From Patescibacteria group bacterium (GTDB taxonomy: Bacteria > Patescibacteriota > Patescibacteriia > UBA9570 > JAHJKD01), in NCBI GenBank assembly GCA_041660885.1, contig JBAZVM010000001.1, positions 38,698-102,697 of the forward strand: 64,000 nt of DNA. The letters are read 5' to 3'. Below, piece after piece: positions 8,168-17,884 of this stretch. The notes under the pieces were generated by a model that was given only the letters and a program-made list of their open reading frames with translations, searched no databases and was not told the DNA's origin. Numbering within the stretch: position 1 is the stretch's first letter; each line of letters starts with the position of its first letter. The position numbers and the translations under genes were made by a program.

Positions 8168-9385
8168 TTAATTATTTTTGGCATTATATGCCTCTAAAGC
8201 CCTTTTTACAATATCCAAGGCTTTTTGTAAATCTTCGCTATTTAAAACATAAGCCAAACGCACTTCATTCTGCCCTTTGCCCGGTGTGGCATAAAATCCG
8301 GGAGCCGGCGCCAAAAGAACGGTTTCACCTTTATATTTGTATTCTTCTATAAGCCATTTGGCAAAATGTTCGCTATTTTTTACGGGCAACCCGCAGATCA
8401 CATAAAAAGCGCCTTCCGGTTTGGAAAAAACAGCTCCGGGAATCTTTTTTAACCCCTCATATATTACATCTCTTCTTTTTCTATATTCTTCCACCACCGG
8501 ATCAATATATTGCTTGGCGTTTTCCAGAATGGGAATCAAAGCTTCTTGTTCTATGGTAACCACGGATAATCTGGCCATGCAGAATTTAAAAGCTGCGGCC
8601 ATTACTTCTTCATTGTGGCTTCCGATTACGCCAATGCGCGCTCCGCATAAATTGAATCTTTTTGAGGCGCTATCCACTAGAATTACTTTGTCTTTTACTT
8701 CGGGAAAATTCATTAAAGAAAAGCACGCCTCTCCGGTAAAAGAAAATTCTCTATAAGTTTCGTCGGCAATAATAAATAAATTATGCTTGATAGCTAAATT
8801 CACCACTCTTTGCAATTCCGCTTTGTTAAACACTGTGCCCGTAGGATTAGACGGATTGGTAAAAATAATAGCTTTGGTTTTTCCTGTCATTCCTTTTTCA
8901 ATTTCTTCGTCGCTGGGCAAATGAAAACCATTATCAATAGATAAAGTAGCGGCTTTTACGGTAATGCCTCCCACAGAACCGAAACTATTATAATTTGTAT
9001 AAAAAGGTTCAAAAGCCAGAACTTCATCTCCCGGATCGGCCACGATGCACATGGCAAAAATCAAAGCTTCGCTGCCGCCGGCCGTAATCATAATTTCTTT
9101 TTCCCCCAACTCAATACCCGTATCATGAAAATATTTTTGCCAGGCGACAATAGATTTGGCTATGCCTTGCGAAGGCGCGTATGCTACGGGGTTTTCATTG
9201 AACTCGCGCACTCTTTCGTAAAAAATTTCCGGAGTTTTAATATCCGGCTGGCCAATATTAAGATGATAAACTTTAATTCCTTGCTTTTTGCGCGCTTCAG
9301 CCGCTCCTACCAGCTTTCTAATGGGAGAAGAGGGCATTTTTTGCGCGCGCTGGGATAAAGCTATGCTCATACTTTTTTTCCCCAA
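8168..9385 (-). CDS. Class I/II pyridoxal-phosphate aminotransferase (aspartate aminotransferase-like)
   Basis: 405 aa. SSPIRKL...NIGQPD, TNPSNPTG, DETYREF and SASKRFNLCGARIG (PLP lysine motif). An alternative start at 9370 (MSIALSQ...) gives an ATGA overlap with the trxB stop. Confidence 0.85.
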   Translation of the reverse strand: MGKKSMSIALSQRAQKMPSSPIRKLVGAAEARKKQGIKVYHLNIGQPDIKTPEIFYERVREFNENPVAYAPSQGIAKSIVAWQKYFHDTGIELGEKEIMITAGGSEALIFAMCIVADPGDEVLAFEPFYTNYNSFGSVGGITVKAATLSIDNGFHLPSDEEIEKGMTGKTKAIIFTNPSNPTGTVFNKAELQRVVNLAIKHNLFIIADETYREFSFTGEACFSLMNFPEVKDKVILVDSASKRFNLCGARIGVIGSHNEEVMAAAFKFCMARLSVVTIEQEALIPILENAKQYIDPVVEEYRKRRDVIYEGLKKIPGAVFSKPEGAFYVICGLPVKNSEHFAKWLIEEYKYKGETVLLAPAPGFYATPGKGQNEVRLAYVLNSEDLQKALDIVKRALEAYNAKNN

Positions 9386-10320
9386 TCCATGCCCGGAATG
9401 CTCTGACCTCTCTTCCGTAATAAATACATGTAAGCGGAAAGTGCGGCTTTAACTCCTTCGCCCGTGGCAATGGCTATTTGCTTATGGCTGACATTGGTAA
9501 TGTCTCCGCAGGCAAAAATTCCCGGCGTATTGGTAATGCCATTATAGTCAACGACTACTTCTTTTTTTTCATTAAGCCCAACCACACCTTCTAAAAATTC
9601 CGTGCTGGCTTTTCTGCCCACTTCTATAAAAACTCCGTTTACCGGCACTTCTTTTATTTGCTCAGTTTTCAAATTCTTTACTGTCATTCCTTTTACTAGT
9701 CTATCACCTTTTATTTCCGTGATGGCTGAATCGTAAAGTATTTCTATTTTTTTATTGCCCACTATTTCTTTTACAACCACTTCTTCTCCCCTGAATTGAT
9801 CTCTTCTGTGTATCAAATAAACTTTAGAAGCGATTTTAGAAAGATAATCCGCCGCGTCTAAAGCGGAATTACCGCCGCCCACAACCGCCACTATTTTATT
9901 CTTGTATAACGGTGCGTCGCAATTGGCGCAATAAGTAACGCCTTTGCCTTTAAATTCTTGTTCGCCCGGGACATCTAAGTTTCTTGGCGTTAAACCAAAA
10001 GCTAAAATAATCGCTTGGGCTTCTTCCTTATTATTATTGTAATGCACTAAAAAATTTCCATTTTCTTTCTTTTCTATTTTACTTACATCTCCCAATATAA
10101 ATTTGGCGCCGAATTTCTCCGCTTGCTTTTTCATTTTGCTGGCCAACTCAAAACCGCTGATGACATTTTCAAAACCGGGATAATTTTCTATATCCGTGGT
10201 TGAAGCCATTTGGCCGCCCAAATCTTTCGCAATAATTAAAGTACTTAAAGTTCTTCTGCTGGTGTATAAACCAGCGGTTAAACCAGCGGGCCCTCCGCCG
10301 ACGACAATGATATCGTACAT
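9367..10320 (-). CDS. trxB: Thioredoxin-disulfide reductase
   Basis: MYDIIVVGGGPAGLTAGLY (FAD GxGxxG), redox-active CANCDA, second dinucleotide motif VVGGGNSALD. Confidence 0.9.
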   Translation of the reverse strand: MYDIIVVGGGPAGLTAGLYTSRRTLSTLIIAKDLGGQMASTTDIENYPGFENVISGFELASKMKKQAEKFGAKFILGDVSKIEKKENGNFLVHYNNNKEEAQAIILAFGLTPRNLDVPGEQEFKGKGVTYCANCDAPLYKNKIVAVVGGGNSALDAADYLSKIASKVYLIHRRDQFRGEEVVVKEIVGNKKIEILYDSAITEIKGDRLVKGMTVKNLKTEQIKEVPVNGVFIEVGRKASTEFLEGVVGLNEKKEVVVDYNGITNTPGIFACGDITNVSHKQIAIATGEGVKAALSAYMYLLRKRGQSIPGMDWGKKV

Positions 10321-10321
10321 A

Positions 10322-10642
10322 TTATAATAATTTATCTAATTCCTGGCTTAAGGCTTCTATGGATTGAACGCCATTTAATTGTTTTACGTTTTTTCCCTCT
10401 TTGAAAAAAATAAAAGTGGGAATGCTCATAACTTCGTATTTTTGCGCTGTCTCCGTGTTGCTGTCTACATCCATTTTTCCTATTTTTACCGGTTTTCCTT
10501 TATATTTGTCTGCCAATTCATCTATTAATGGCTTCATCATTTGGCACGGGCCGCACCATTGCGCCCAAAAATCCACCAACACCGGATTTTTTTCTTTTAA
10601 AACCTCTTTTTCAAAATTCTTGTCTGTGAATTCCATGCTCAT
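10322..10642 (-). CDS. trxA: Thioredoxin
   Basis: 106 aa with FWAQWCGPCQ active site, immediately downstream of trxB. Confidence 0.9.
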   Translation of the reverse strand: MSMEFTDKNFEKEVLKEKNPVLVDFWAQWCGPCQMMKPLIDELADKYKGKPVKIGKMDVDSNTETAQKYEVMSIPTFIFFKEGKNVKQLNGVQSIEALSQELDKLL

Positions 10643-10702
10643 AAATGAATATTTAATGCTTAATTAAGAGGCTAACATTTTATCAAACTGAAATGAAAAA
10701 GT

Positions 10703-11308
10703 CTAATCATTTTTTTCAAATAAAATTCTTCCCAAACGCACCATGGTTGCTCCTTCTTCTATGGCAATTTTATAATCATCGCTCATGCCCATAGATAATT
10801 CTTGCAAATTATATTTATCTTTGCAAATATTAAAAATATTACGCATTTTTCTATAATCACTTCGGCTATCAATAATATTTTGTTTCGCCGTAATAGTCAT
10901 TAAGCCGATGACTTTGATTTTTTTTAATACGCTCAATCTTTTTAAAAAAAGCTCAGCATTTTCGGGTAAAATTCCGTATTTATTGGGATCCTTGCTAATA
11001 TTGATTTGTATCATCACTGGAAAAATTTTATTCGTTTTCTCATTGATTTGCTTTGCCAATTCAAAATCATCCAGTGTTTGCAAACAATCAAAATATTTTA
11101 ATAAATCATTTATTTTATTTGATTGAAGATGTCCGATGAAATGCTTTTCTATATTTCTTAAAGATATAAAATTTTTTTTATATTCCTGAATTTTATTGAT
11201 GCCAATAATTTTAATATTATTTTTTAATATTATTTTATTGACATCGTGCAGACTGCGATTTTTTATTACAGCTATTATTTTAATTTTTTTATCAAAATTT
11301 ATTTTCAT
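10703..11308 (-). CDS. YggS family pyridoxal-phosphate homeostasis protein
   Basis: HFIGHLQSNK, VMIQINIS...KYG, GLMTI and LSMGMSDDYKIAIEEGATMVRLGRILF are the characteristic YggS / alanine-racemase-N-terminal-domain motifs. Confidence 0.7.
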   Translation of the reverse strand: MKINFDKKIKIIAVIKNRSLHDVNKIILKNNIKIIGINKIQEYKKNFISLRNIEKHFIGHLQSNKINDLLKYFDCLQTLDDFELAKQINEKTNKIFPVMIQINISKDPNKYGILPENAELFLKRLSVLKKIKVIGLMTITAKQNIIDSRSDYRKMRNIFNICKDKYNLQELSMGMSDDYKIAIEEGATMVRLGRILFEKND

Positions 11309-11389
11309 AAGACGCTCTAAGCATATTATAAAAACACAAATAAAAAAAGTGTCAGAAATCTTGACAGTTCTAAAATTGTATGTATATAT

Positions 11390-12181
11390 ATGAGTATGAG
11401 AGAAGAAGATATCATTTCGTCATTAAGAGATATTGGGCTCAATAAAAATGAAGCGAGTGTTTACTTGGCTATAATTAAGCATGGTCCGGCTAATATTTCC
11501 GTGCTAGCTAATAAATCAGCGGTTAAACGTCCAACTGCTTATTTAGCTATTGAATCATTGATCGTTAAAAAGATGGTTATTGTTAATAGGCAGAATCCCA
11601 ATCGCCCGATATATAAAATTACCGATCCAAAAAAGGTTTTAGATGCTATAAGATTCAAAGAAAAAAGATATGCGGAAATATTTCCGCAATTGCGCGTAAT
11701 GAGCAAGCAAGAATTTGCGCCGTATGTAGAAATCTACGAAGGATTAGAGGGTTTAAAAAAAGTATATGAAGAAGTACTAAATGAAGCTTTAAATAATGAT
11801 GTTCAAATATACGGGACAATAAATGCTGAAAAAAGTCAAGTTCATAAAATCATTTATAAATACTGGATGTCTTTCTTAAAAAATAATAAAGTTCATATTC
11901 GAGAAATTTTAGATCGCACTCAAGCAAATATAAATTATGTAAATAAAATTAAAAAAATCAGAAATAAATATCATATTACTAAATTGATTCCGGAGAATTT
12001 TCAATTTTTACCGTATAAAATGAAATTAATGGAAGCTGATAATATTATATATGGCAATAAAATAGCTTTTTTCTCTTCTTACGAACGAAATTTATATGTA
12101 ATTGTTATTACACATAAAAATATTTGTAAAATATACAAAGATCTCTTTGAAATGGCCTGGGAAGTGGCTGAAGAGTATTGA
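11390..12181 (+). CDS. TrmB family transcriptional regulator
   Basis: N-terminal winged helix SLRDIGLNKNEASVYLAIIKHGPANISVLANKSAVKRPTAYLAIESLIVKKMV, typical of TrmB-type regulators. Divergent from the yggS-like gene. Confidence 0.7.
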   Translation: MSMREEDIISSLRDIGLNKNEASVYLAIIKHGPANISVLANKSAVKRPTAYLAIESLIVKKMVIVNRQNPNRPIYKITDPKKVLDAIRFKEKRYAEIFPQLRVMSKQEFAPYVEIYEGLEGLKKVYEEVLNEALNNDVQIYGTINAEKSQVHKIIYKYWMSFLKNNKVHIREILDRTQANINYVNKIKKIRNKYHITKLIPENFQFLPYKMKLMEADNIIYGNKIAFFSSYERNLYVIVITHKNICKIYKDLFEMAWEVAEEY

Positions 12182-12201
12182 ACCCCGCTCCGGCGGGGAA
12201 T

Positions 12202-12215
12202 GTTCCACGTGGAAC
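12202..12215. repeat. Perfect 14-bp palindrome GTTCCACGTGGAAC (copy 1 of the AATGTTCYACGTGGAACA motif)
   Basis: Follows the GC hairpin ccccgc-tccg-gcgggg between the convergent TrmB and DUF3795 genes. A near-identical copy lies at 12790-12803. Confidence 0.6.
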
Positions 12216-12221
12216 AATTAT

Positions 12222-12584
12222 TTATTTATAACGTTTTTTATCGTGAACACAAAAAGTGCCTTGCGCATTTACCCACTTTTTTTGTTCTTTAGTTAATAAA
12301 TATTTAATTCCTCTTTTTTTAATAATCTTTAAATTCTCGATTTCACTCATTCCATATCGCTCACGATATCGTTTATCCAATCTTTCCAATCTTTCACAGG
12401 GGAATTGATCGCATTTATAACAATATTCCCCTTTTCTCTTTTTACATAGTCTAATACCACATTTTATACATACATTATTCACTTTTCTGCCAGTATAGCA
12501 CCCGGGGCATTTATTCTTTGGTCGCAAATAATGCAAACATAGGCCACAGTTCATGCCACATGGAGCTATTAATTCTTTTTTCAT
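12222..12584 (-). CDS. Cys-rich DUF3795-like protein
   Basis: 120 aa. CGMNCGLCLHYL...CPGC...CIKCGIRLC...CYKCDQFPC pattern. Confidence 0.55.
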   Translation of the reverse strand: MKKELIAPCGMNCGLCLHYLRPKNKCPGCYTGRKVNNVCIKCGIRLCKKRKGEYCYKCDQFPCERLERLDKRYRERYGMSEIENLKIIKKRGIKYLLTKEQKKWVNAQGTFCVHDKKRYK

Positions 12585-12608
12585 AATAAGATTTAGAAGT
12601 TTATTTTG

Positions 12609-12681
12609 TGGACCCTAGGAGGCTCGAACTCCTGACCTCTTCCATGCCATGGAAGCGCTCTACCAACTGAGCTAAGGGCCC
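12609..12681 (-). tRNA. tRNA-Ala (anticodon GGC)
   Basis: Reverse complement gggcccttagctcagttggtagagcg-cttcc-atGGCat-ggaag-aggtc-aggagttcgagcctcct-agggtcca. Full cloverleaf with G3:U70 alanine identity pair. No encoded CCA. Confidence 0.9.
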
Positions 12682-12758
12682 TGGTGGGCAATGCTGGACT
12701 CGAACCAGCGACCTCTGTCGTGTGAGGACAGCGCTCTAACCAACTGAGCTAATTGCCC
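12682..12758 (-). tRNA. tRNA-Val (anticodon CAC), CCA encoded
   Basis: Reverse complement gggcaattagctcagttggttagagcg-ctgtc-ctCACac-gacag-aggtc-gctggttcgagtccagc-attgccc-a-cca. Confidence 0.9.
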
Positions 12759-12789
12759 TATTTTAATAAATATTTATTTTATTGTAAAT

Positions 12790-12803
12790 GTTCTACGTGG
12801 AAC
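12790..12803. repeat. GTTCTACGTGGAAC, copy 2 of the AATGTTCYACGTGGAACA motif
   Basis: In the spacer between tRNA-Ala(CGC) and tRNA-Val. Differs at one position from the perfect palindrome at 12202-12215. Confidence 0.55.
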
Positions 12804-12805
12804 AG

Positions 12806-12878
12806 TGGACCATGGCGGAGTCGAACCGCCGACCTTTGCAATGCGAATGCAACGCTCTACCAACTGAGCTAATGGCCC
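12806..12878 (-). tRNA. tRNA-Ala (anticodon CGC)
   Basis: Reverse complement gggccattagctcagttggtagagcg-ttgca-ttCGCat-tgcaa-aggtc-ggcggttcgactccgcc-atggtcca. G3:U70 present. No encoded CCA. Confidence 0.9.
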
Positions 12879-12885
12879 ATATTAG

Positions 12886-12957
12886 TGCCCCCGGGCTGAA
12901 TTGAACAGCCATTTAGGCGTTAGGAGTGCCTCGTTCTATCCGTTGAACTACGGGGAC
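12886..12957 (-). tRNA. tRNA-Arg (anticodon CCU)
   Basis: Reverse complement gtccccgtagttcaacggatagaacg-aggca-ctCCTaa-cgcct-aaat-ggctgttcaattcagcc-cgggggc-a. Resembles E. coli argW-type tRNA. One A:C mismatch closes the anticodon stem. Confidence 0.85.
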
Positions 12958-13004
12958 TATTAAAATTTTGGCTAATATTAGCCAAAATATAGTGTCGTAC
13001 AATA

Positions 13005-13154
13005 TTATTTACTCAGCACCCAATTATAAAGGCTATTTGACCAGGAATCTACGCTATGCGTTTTATTATCATATATATATAACCCGATACAACCAATAGA
13101 TAAAAAAACCACTAATACCAAAATTGTTAATACATCTTTTTTAATAAAATTCAT
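13005..13154 (-). CDS. Possible small membrane protein (49 aa)
   Basis: Below the ORF-track length cutoff. My translation is MNFIKKDVLTILVLVVFLSIGCIGLYIYDNKTHSVDSWSNSLYNWVLSK, with one predicted TM helix. Followed by the palindrome ttggctaatattagccaa at 12966-12988. Confidence 0.3.
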   Translation of the reverse strand: MNFIKKDVLTILVLVVFLSIGCIGLYIYDNKTHSVDSWSNSLYNWVLSK

Positions 13155-13254
13155 AGCTTTTTTCTTTTAAAAAATTACTTTACAAAAAACCCTTACTATT
13201 ATAATCTAAATACTGCTTTTAGCAACTTTTTTAATATTAATATTAAAATAATTT

Positions 13255-13650
13255 ATGGCTGCCATGTTTAGTAAAAATTCAACACCAACGGTTTCCAATG
13301 ACGCGGAAACAATTATTGGCAAATCTGTTAAGATTGAAGGAACTTTTAACGGTGAAGGCAATATTATAGTAGAAGGGGAAGTAAATGGCAATTTGAAAAC
13401 CGATAAAGACTTAGATGTAAAAGAAGGCTCAAAAATTACAGCGGATATTGAAGCGGCAAACATGAAAATTGCCGGGGAAATTAATGGCAATGTGAAATGC
13501 CATGGGAATTTGGATATCAGCGGACAAGGTAAAATAATAGGCGACATTGAAACTAAATTAATTTCCATTGCTACGGGAGCGGTGCTAAAAGGCCATTGCG
13601 CCACGAACGCGCACGAGGCCAAACCAAAAGAATCTCCTAAGCATGATTAA
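13255..13650 (+). CDS. Bactofilin (polymer-forming cytoskeletal protein)
   Basis: TIIGKSVKIEGTFNGEGNIIVEGEVNGNLKTDKDLDVKEGSKITADIEAANMKIAGEINGNVKCHGNLDISGQGKIIGDIETKLISIATGAVLKG is the repeating beta-helical bactofilin (DUF583) pattern. Confidence 0.8.
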   Translation: MAAMFSKNSTPTVSNDAETIIGKSVKIEGTFNGEGNIIVEGEVNGNLKTDKDLDVKEGSKITADIEAANMKIAGEINGNVKCHGNLDISGQGKIIGDIETKLISIATGAVLKGHCATNAHEAKPKESPKHD

Positions 13651-13673
13651 CCGGGATTTTTTCTCTTCACAAT

Positions 13674-14453
13674 ATGTTTTTCTATTTCTACGATACTTTC
13701 ATTAATGAAAAGAGGTTCGAATCTGATTTAATTAAAACGGAGAACCGTTTAATTGATCTTGGAATTAACGGAAGAATAGAAAAATTAACAATTTTACGCA
13801 ACGGAAAAGAACTGATAGAAGAAGCAATTAAAAACGGAGCACATACTATCGTAGCCGTAGGGGATGATAATACTTTATTGAAAGTAATTAATATAGTGGC
13901 TGATCATAGCGTGGCCATTGGTTTCATTCCTTTGCGCGCCAATTCCAAATTGGCCAGAATACTGGGCATTAAAGATTGTTTGGACGCCTGCGATATATTA
14001 TCAAAAAGATTGGTAAAAAAAATCAATCTGGGAAAAGCCAATCAGAATTATTTTTTCGCTTCCATTTCCATACCGCAAGTAGAGGGGATTAAAGTGGAAT
14101 GCGATGAAAAATATAAAGTAAGCTTAAAGCAAAAAGATAACGGCTTAGCCGTATATAATTTGGGTAATTTTTTAGATGTGGCTAACGAAGACCAATGGAA
14201 AGTTTTCAGCAATAAAAATTATTTAAACGTCTATGTTTTGCCTCCGGCGCCCAGCGGTTTATCTAAATATTTCAAGACCAATAACCCGCAAGATGCCATC
14301 AGTGTTTTTCCCGCGAAAAAAATAAAAATTTCCGCTGAAGGAAAAACTTTATCCGTAATTCTGGACCAGCAAACAACATTAAAAACTCCGGTGCAAGTTA
14401 CTATTAAACCTAAAAAAATTAATTTAATAGTAGGCCGGCACAGAAAAATATAA
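13674..14453 (+). CDS. Diacylglycerol kinase catalytic-domain family lipid kinase (YegS/BmrU-like)
   Basis: 259 aa. HTIVAVGDDNTLLKVINIV (GDG-type nucleotide-binding loop of the DAGK_cat domain) and IGFIPL. Confidence 0.6.
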   Translation: MFFYFYDTFINEKRFESDLIKTENRLIDLGINGRIEKLTILRNGKELIEEAIKNGAHTIVAVGDDNTLLKVINIVADHSVAIGFIPLRANSKLARILGIKDCLDACDILSKRLVKKINLGKANQNYFFASISIPQVEGIKVECDEKYKVSLKQKDNGLAVYNLGNFLDVANEDQWKVFSNKNYLNVYVLPPAPSGLSKYFKTNNPQDAISVFPAKKIKISAEGKTLSVILDQQTTLKTPVQVTIKPKKINLIVGRHRKI

Positions 14454-14482
14454 TTACATTTTTTTTCATAAAAAACAAAAAC

Positions 14483-14505
14483 CCCGAACTGATCGGGATT
14501 TTTTT
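14483..14505 (+). terminator. Rho-independent terminator
   Basis: cccga-actga-tcggg followed by a T7 run, 30 nt after the stop of the 13674-14453 gene. Confidence 0.6.
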
Positions 14506-14520
14506 ATATCTATCAATAAA

Positions 14521-16554
14521 ATGCGATTTTCTTTGACAATATCAAGGAAAATCGGTAAGGTATGGTATATGAATATATCCGAATTGATGCGACAACTTAA
14601 AATGAACAAGGAAGAATTTTTTCCTTTGGCCGCGGAACTGGGTTTTGACATTGGCGAGCGCGCCATAAAGATAGACGACCGCGTGGCTTTAAAAGTAATT
14701 TCCGCCATCAAGCAAAAAAGGAAAAGCGGCTTGAAAACCAGCCTTTTTTCCGAAGAGGTAATTGAGGAGAAAAAACCCGAAGAAGAAAGCGGAAAGAAAA
14801 CCATAAATATTCCGGAAAAAATTACCGTAAAACAATTCGCGGATAAACTAGGCAAGCATGTAACGGAACTGATCGCCATTTTAATGAAGAACGGCATCAT
14901 GGCCACGATCAACGAAAATCTTGATTTTGAAACCGCCACTATCATTGCGGAAGATTTGGGCTACCAAACAAATAAAGTGGAAGGCGAAGAAGAAGTAAAA
15001 TACTCTCAGGAGCAAGAAGGAAAAATCAGAAAAGTTTTAAAACAAGATAAAGAAGACAACACGAGCAAATTAAAAACTCGCCCGCCGGTAATAGTAGTTA
15101 TGGGACATGTGGACCACGGAAAAACAAAATTATTGGACGCCATAAGAAAAACCAATATTGTAGACCAAGAAGCCGGGGGCATCACGCAAAGCATCGGCGC
15201 TTATCAAGTAGCGCACAAAGAGAGATTAATCACCTTCATAGATACTCCGGGCCACGAAGCTTTTACAGCCATGCGCTCGAGAGGCGCCAATGTGGCGGAC
15301 ATTGCCATTTTAGTAGTGGCGGCCGATGACGGCGTAAAACCGCAAACCTTGGAAGTTATCGAGATTATGGAAAAAGCCCATTTACCTTTTGTAGTGGCCA
15401 TCAATAAAATAGACAAAGAAGGAGCGGATATTGATAAAGTAAAAAAGGATTTAAGCGAACTGAACTTAATTCCGGAAGATTGGGGCGGAAAAACCGTATG
15501 CGTGCCTATTTCCGCCAAACAGAATAAAAATATAGATGAACTTTTAGATATGGTTCTTCTGCTTACGGATATGGAAAAAGAAAAAATCATGGCCAACCCC
15601 GATCGTATGGCTGTGGGCACTATTATCGAATCGCAAATAGATAAAGACGCGGGCCCCGTAGCCACGGTTATCGTACAAACAGGCACTTTGCGCGTGGGGG
15701 ACTTGGTAATGGTGGGAAAAGTAGTGGGCAAAATAAAAGCTTTAAAAGATTGGCGCGGTAAAATGGTTAAAGAAGCCCCTCCGGCCATGCCCGTGCGTTT
15801 CTTGGGTTTAAAAGGAGCGCCAGTGGTTGGCGATGTTTTACAAGTAACTACTGATAAAAAAGCCCTGAAGAAACAACAAAAGCAGTATCAGACTTTCGGC
15901 TTCCTGCAAGCCAAAGAGGAGCAGCAAAAAGGCAAAGTAAACAAACTAGGGTTAGTGATAAAAGCGGATACCCTCGGCTCATTGGAAGCTATTATCAATT
16001 CATTGCAAAAAATAAGGCACAAAGAAGTAGCCATAGATATAGTCAGTAAGGGCTTGGGCAACATTACGGAAAAAGACATTGACCAAGCTGAAGCGGCGCA
16101 TGCTTTTATTGTGGGCTTTAACGTGGAAAAAACCCCCAGCGCGCAGGACAGGTCTCACGGCTCTTCCGTGGTTATCAACACTTATAAAATTATTTATCAG
16201 CTGATAGATTTCGTGAAAGAAAATTTGGAAAATTTGCTGGCTCCGGAAATTATTTATAATAAAACCGGATCTTTGAAAGTACTGGCCGTATTTAAAACCA
16301 CCACCAAATACATAATCTTGGGCGGCAAAGTGGAAAGCGGAGAAATAAAAGATAAAGCCATTGTAAAAATATACCGCAATGAAAAGAAAGTCGGCGAAGG
16401 CACCATTACTCAATTGCAATCGGAAAAGAAAAACGTGCCCGCGGTAACCAAAGGAATGGAATGCGGCGTGCAATTGGAATCGGAAACTAAAATTGAAGAC
16501 CGCGATACTTTAGAAGTCTATGAAAAAGAAGAACGCAAAAGAAAGCTTGCTTAA
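14521..16554 (+). CDS. infB: Translation initiation factor IF-2
   Basis: G domain VIVVMGHVDHGKTKLLD, DTPGHEAF, NKID, then IF-2 domains to the C-terminus. An alternative start at 14569 (MNISELMRQL), preceded by AAGG, is plausible. Confidence 0.9.
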   Translation: MRFSLTISRKIGKVWYMNISELMRQLKMNKEEFFPLAAELGFDIGERAIKIDDRVALKVISAIKQKRKSGLKTSLFSEEVIEEKKPEEESGKKTINIPEKITVKQFADKLGKHVTELIAILMKNGIMATINENLDFETATIIAEDLGYQTNKVEGEEEVKYSQEQEGKIRKVLKQDKEDNTSKLKTRPPVIVVMGHVDHGKTKLLDAIRKTNIVDQEAGGITQSIGAYQVAHKERLITFIDTPGHEAFTAMRSRGANVADIAILVVAADDGVKPQTLEVIEIMEKAHLPFVVAINKIDKEGADIDKVKKDLSELNLIPEDWGGKTVCVPISAKQNKNIDELLDMVLLLTDMEKEKIMANPDRMAVGTIIESQIDKDAGPVATVIVQTGTLRVGDLVMVGKVVGKIKALKDWRGKMVKEAPPAMPVRFLGLKGAPVVGDVLQVTTDKKALKKQQKQYQTFGFLQAKEEQQKGKVNKLGLVIKADTLGSLEAIINSLQKIRHKEVAIDIVSKGLGNITEKDIDQAEAAHAFIVGFNVEKTPSAQDRSHGSSVVINTYKIIYQLIDFVKENLENLLAPEIIYNKTGSLKVLAVFKTTTKYIILGGKVESGEIKDKAIVKIYRNEKKVGEGTITQLQSEKKNVPAVTKGMECGVQLESETKIEDRDTLEVYEKEERKRKLA

Positions 16555-16556
16555 AT

Positions 16557-16898
16557 ATGAATAAACGCCTCAGGCAGATCAACGAGCTAATACGAAATCT
16601 TTTAGGCCAGATTATTTTAGAAGAAGTGGAATTTCCACCGGGTTCTTTGGCTACCATTGTAAGAGTAAATACCGCTCCGGATTTAAAAAACGCCACGGTC
16701 TTTTTAAGCATTATTCCGGATAATAAAACCCTTTCCACCTTGGAGCTGCTAAATAAAAGAATCGGCCATTTGCAGCACTTACTGGGCGAGCAATTAAATT
16801 TTAGATTCACCCCCAAAATAACCTTTAGATTGGATTATACCGAGCAAGCCGCGGCCAAGATAGACAAATTGCTTGACACCCTTGATAAATCGAGTTAA
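16557..16898 (+). CDS. rbfA: Ribosome-binding factor A
   Basis: 113 aa starting 3 nt after infB. RLRQINELIRNLLGQIILEEV...ATIVRVNTAPDLKNATVFLS is the RbfA pattern. Confidence 0.85.
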   Translation: MNKRLRQINELIRNLLGQIILEEVEFPPGSLATIVRVNTAPDLKNATVFLSIIPDNKTLSTLELLNKRIGHLQHLLGEQLNFRFTPKITFRLDYTEQAAAKIDKLLDTLDKSS

Positions 16899-16909
16899 GC
16901 TAGCTCGCT

Positions 16910-17884
16910 ATGCAAAATTTAGACGAGATAAAAAGGCGCATTTTACAAGAGATAAAAGCCGCTAAAAAGGCGCTTTTAATTGCGCACCAAAAACCAGATG
17001 GCGATACAGCCGGAGCCGCTTTAGCTATGGCTCATTTTTTGGAAGACAGCGGAAAGGAATTCGCGGTCTTTTCTAAACACGAATTAAATCCGAATTTACA
17101 TTTTTTACCTAAAGCCGAAATATGGCAAACAGACCATCAAATAATCGTTAAAGCCGATTACGATCTTCTTATTGTTTTAGATTCCGGAGATCTGCAATAT
17201 GCCGGCATTGCCGAACATGTGGACCGCCTTAACCATCAATACACTATTATTAATATAGACCATCATCCCACCAACACGAATTACGGGCACCATAATTTAA
17301 TAAACTCCGATGCCTCTTCCACTTGCGAAATCGTATACGACTTGTTAAACGGAGCCAAAGCTTTAAACAAAAAAATCGCCACTTGTTTATTAACGGGCAT
17401 TGTTACCGATACTAACGGGTTCTCCAATTTAGCTACCACTTCCAAGGCCGTGGAAACCGCCGGCCAATTGCTTTTGCACGGAGCCAGCTTGAAAGATATT
17501 ACTTTAAGAACTTTGCAGCACCGCCCCATTAACACTTTAAAGCTTTGGGGCCGCGCTTTGCAGAGATTAACCAAAGACGGAAAAACCGGCATGATTTTAA
17601 CGGCCATTACCCAAGAAGATTTAATAGAGTGCAACGCCGATAACAGCGCCACCGAAGGCGTGGCTAATTTTTTAAACAGCTTGGAAGAAGCCAAAAATTC
17701 AACGATCGCGGTTTTAAGCCAAGGTGAACCCGGAAAAATTAAAGTTTCTTTGCGCACCACTTCTCCTTTGCTGGATGTTTCCAAGTTTGCTAAACTAATG
17801 GGTGGCGGAGGCCATAAAAAAGCCGCCGGATTCACTATAAAAGGAACATTAAAATCAACAACTTATGGATGGAAAATTATCTAA
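16910..17884 (+). CDS. DHH-family phosphoesterase (NrnA-like oligoribonuclease/pAp phosphatase)
   Basis: [27 protein letters not shown] and [11 protein letters not shown] (DHH and DHHA1 motifs). Confidence 0.75.
   Translation: MQNLDEIKRRILQEIKAAKKALLIAHQKPDGDTAGAALAMAHFLEDSGKEFAVFSKHELNPNLHFLPKAEIWQTDHQIIVKADYDLLIVLDSGDLQYAGIAEHVDRLNHQYTIINIDHHPTNTNYGHHNLINSDASSTCEIVYDLLNGAKALNKKIATCLLTGIVTDTNGFSNLATTSKAVETAGQLLLHGASLKDITLRTLQHRPINTLKLWGRALQRLTKDGKTGMILTAITQEDLIECNADNSATEGVANFLNSLEEAKNSTIAVLSQGEPGKIKVSLRTTSPLLDVSKFAKLMGGGGHKKAAGFTIKGTLKSTTYGWKII

Noticed and set aside
13206-13622. 138-aa minus-strand ORF
   Set aside because: Fully antisense to the bactofilin gene, whose repeat pattern is unmistakable. 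The antisense frame has no start context.
14466-16473. Minus-strand ORFs 14466-14945, 15204-15788, 15888-16079 and 16000-16473
   Set aside because: All lie antisense within infB, and their translations are low-complexity. The infB G-domain motifs fix the coding strand.
17281-17835. 184-aa minus-strand ORF
   Set aside because: Antisense within the DHH phosphoesterase gene, which carries the DHH/GGGH motifs.
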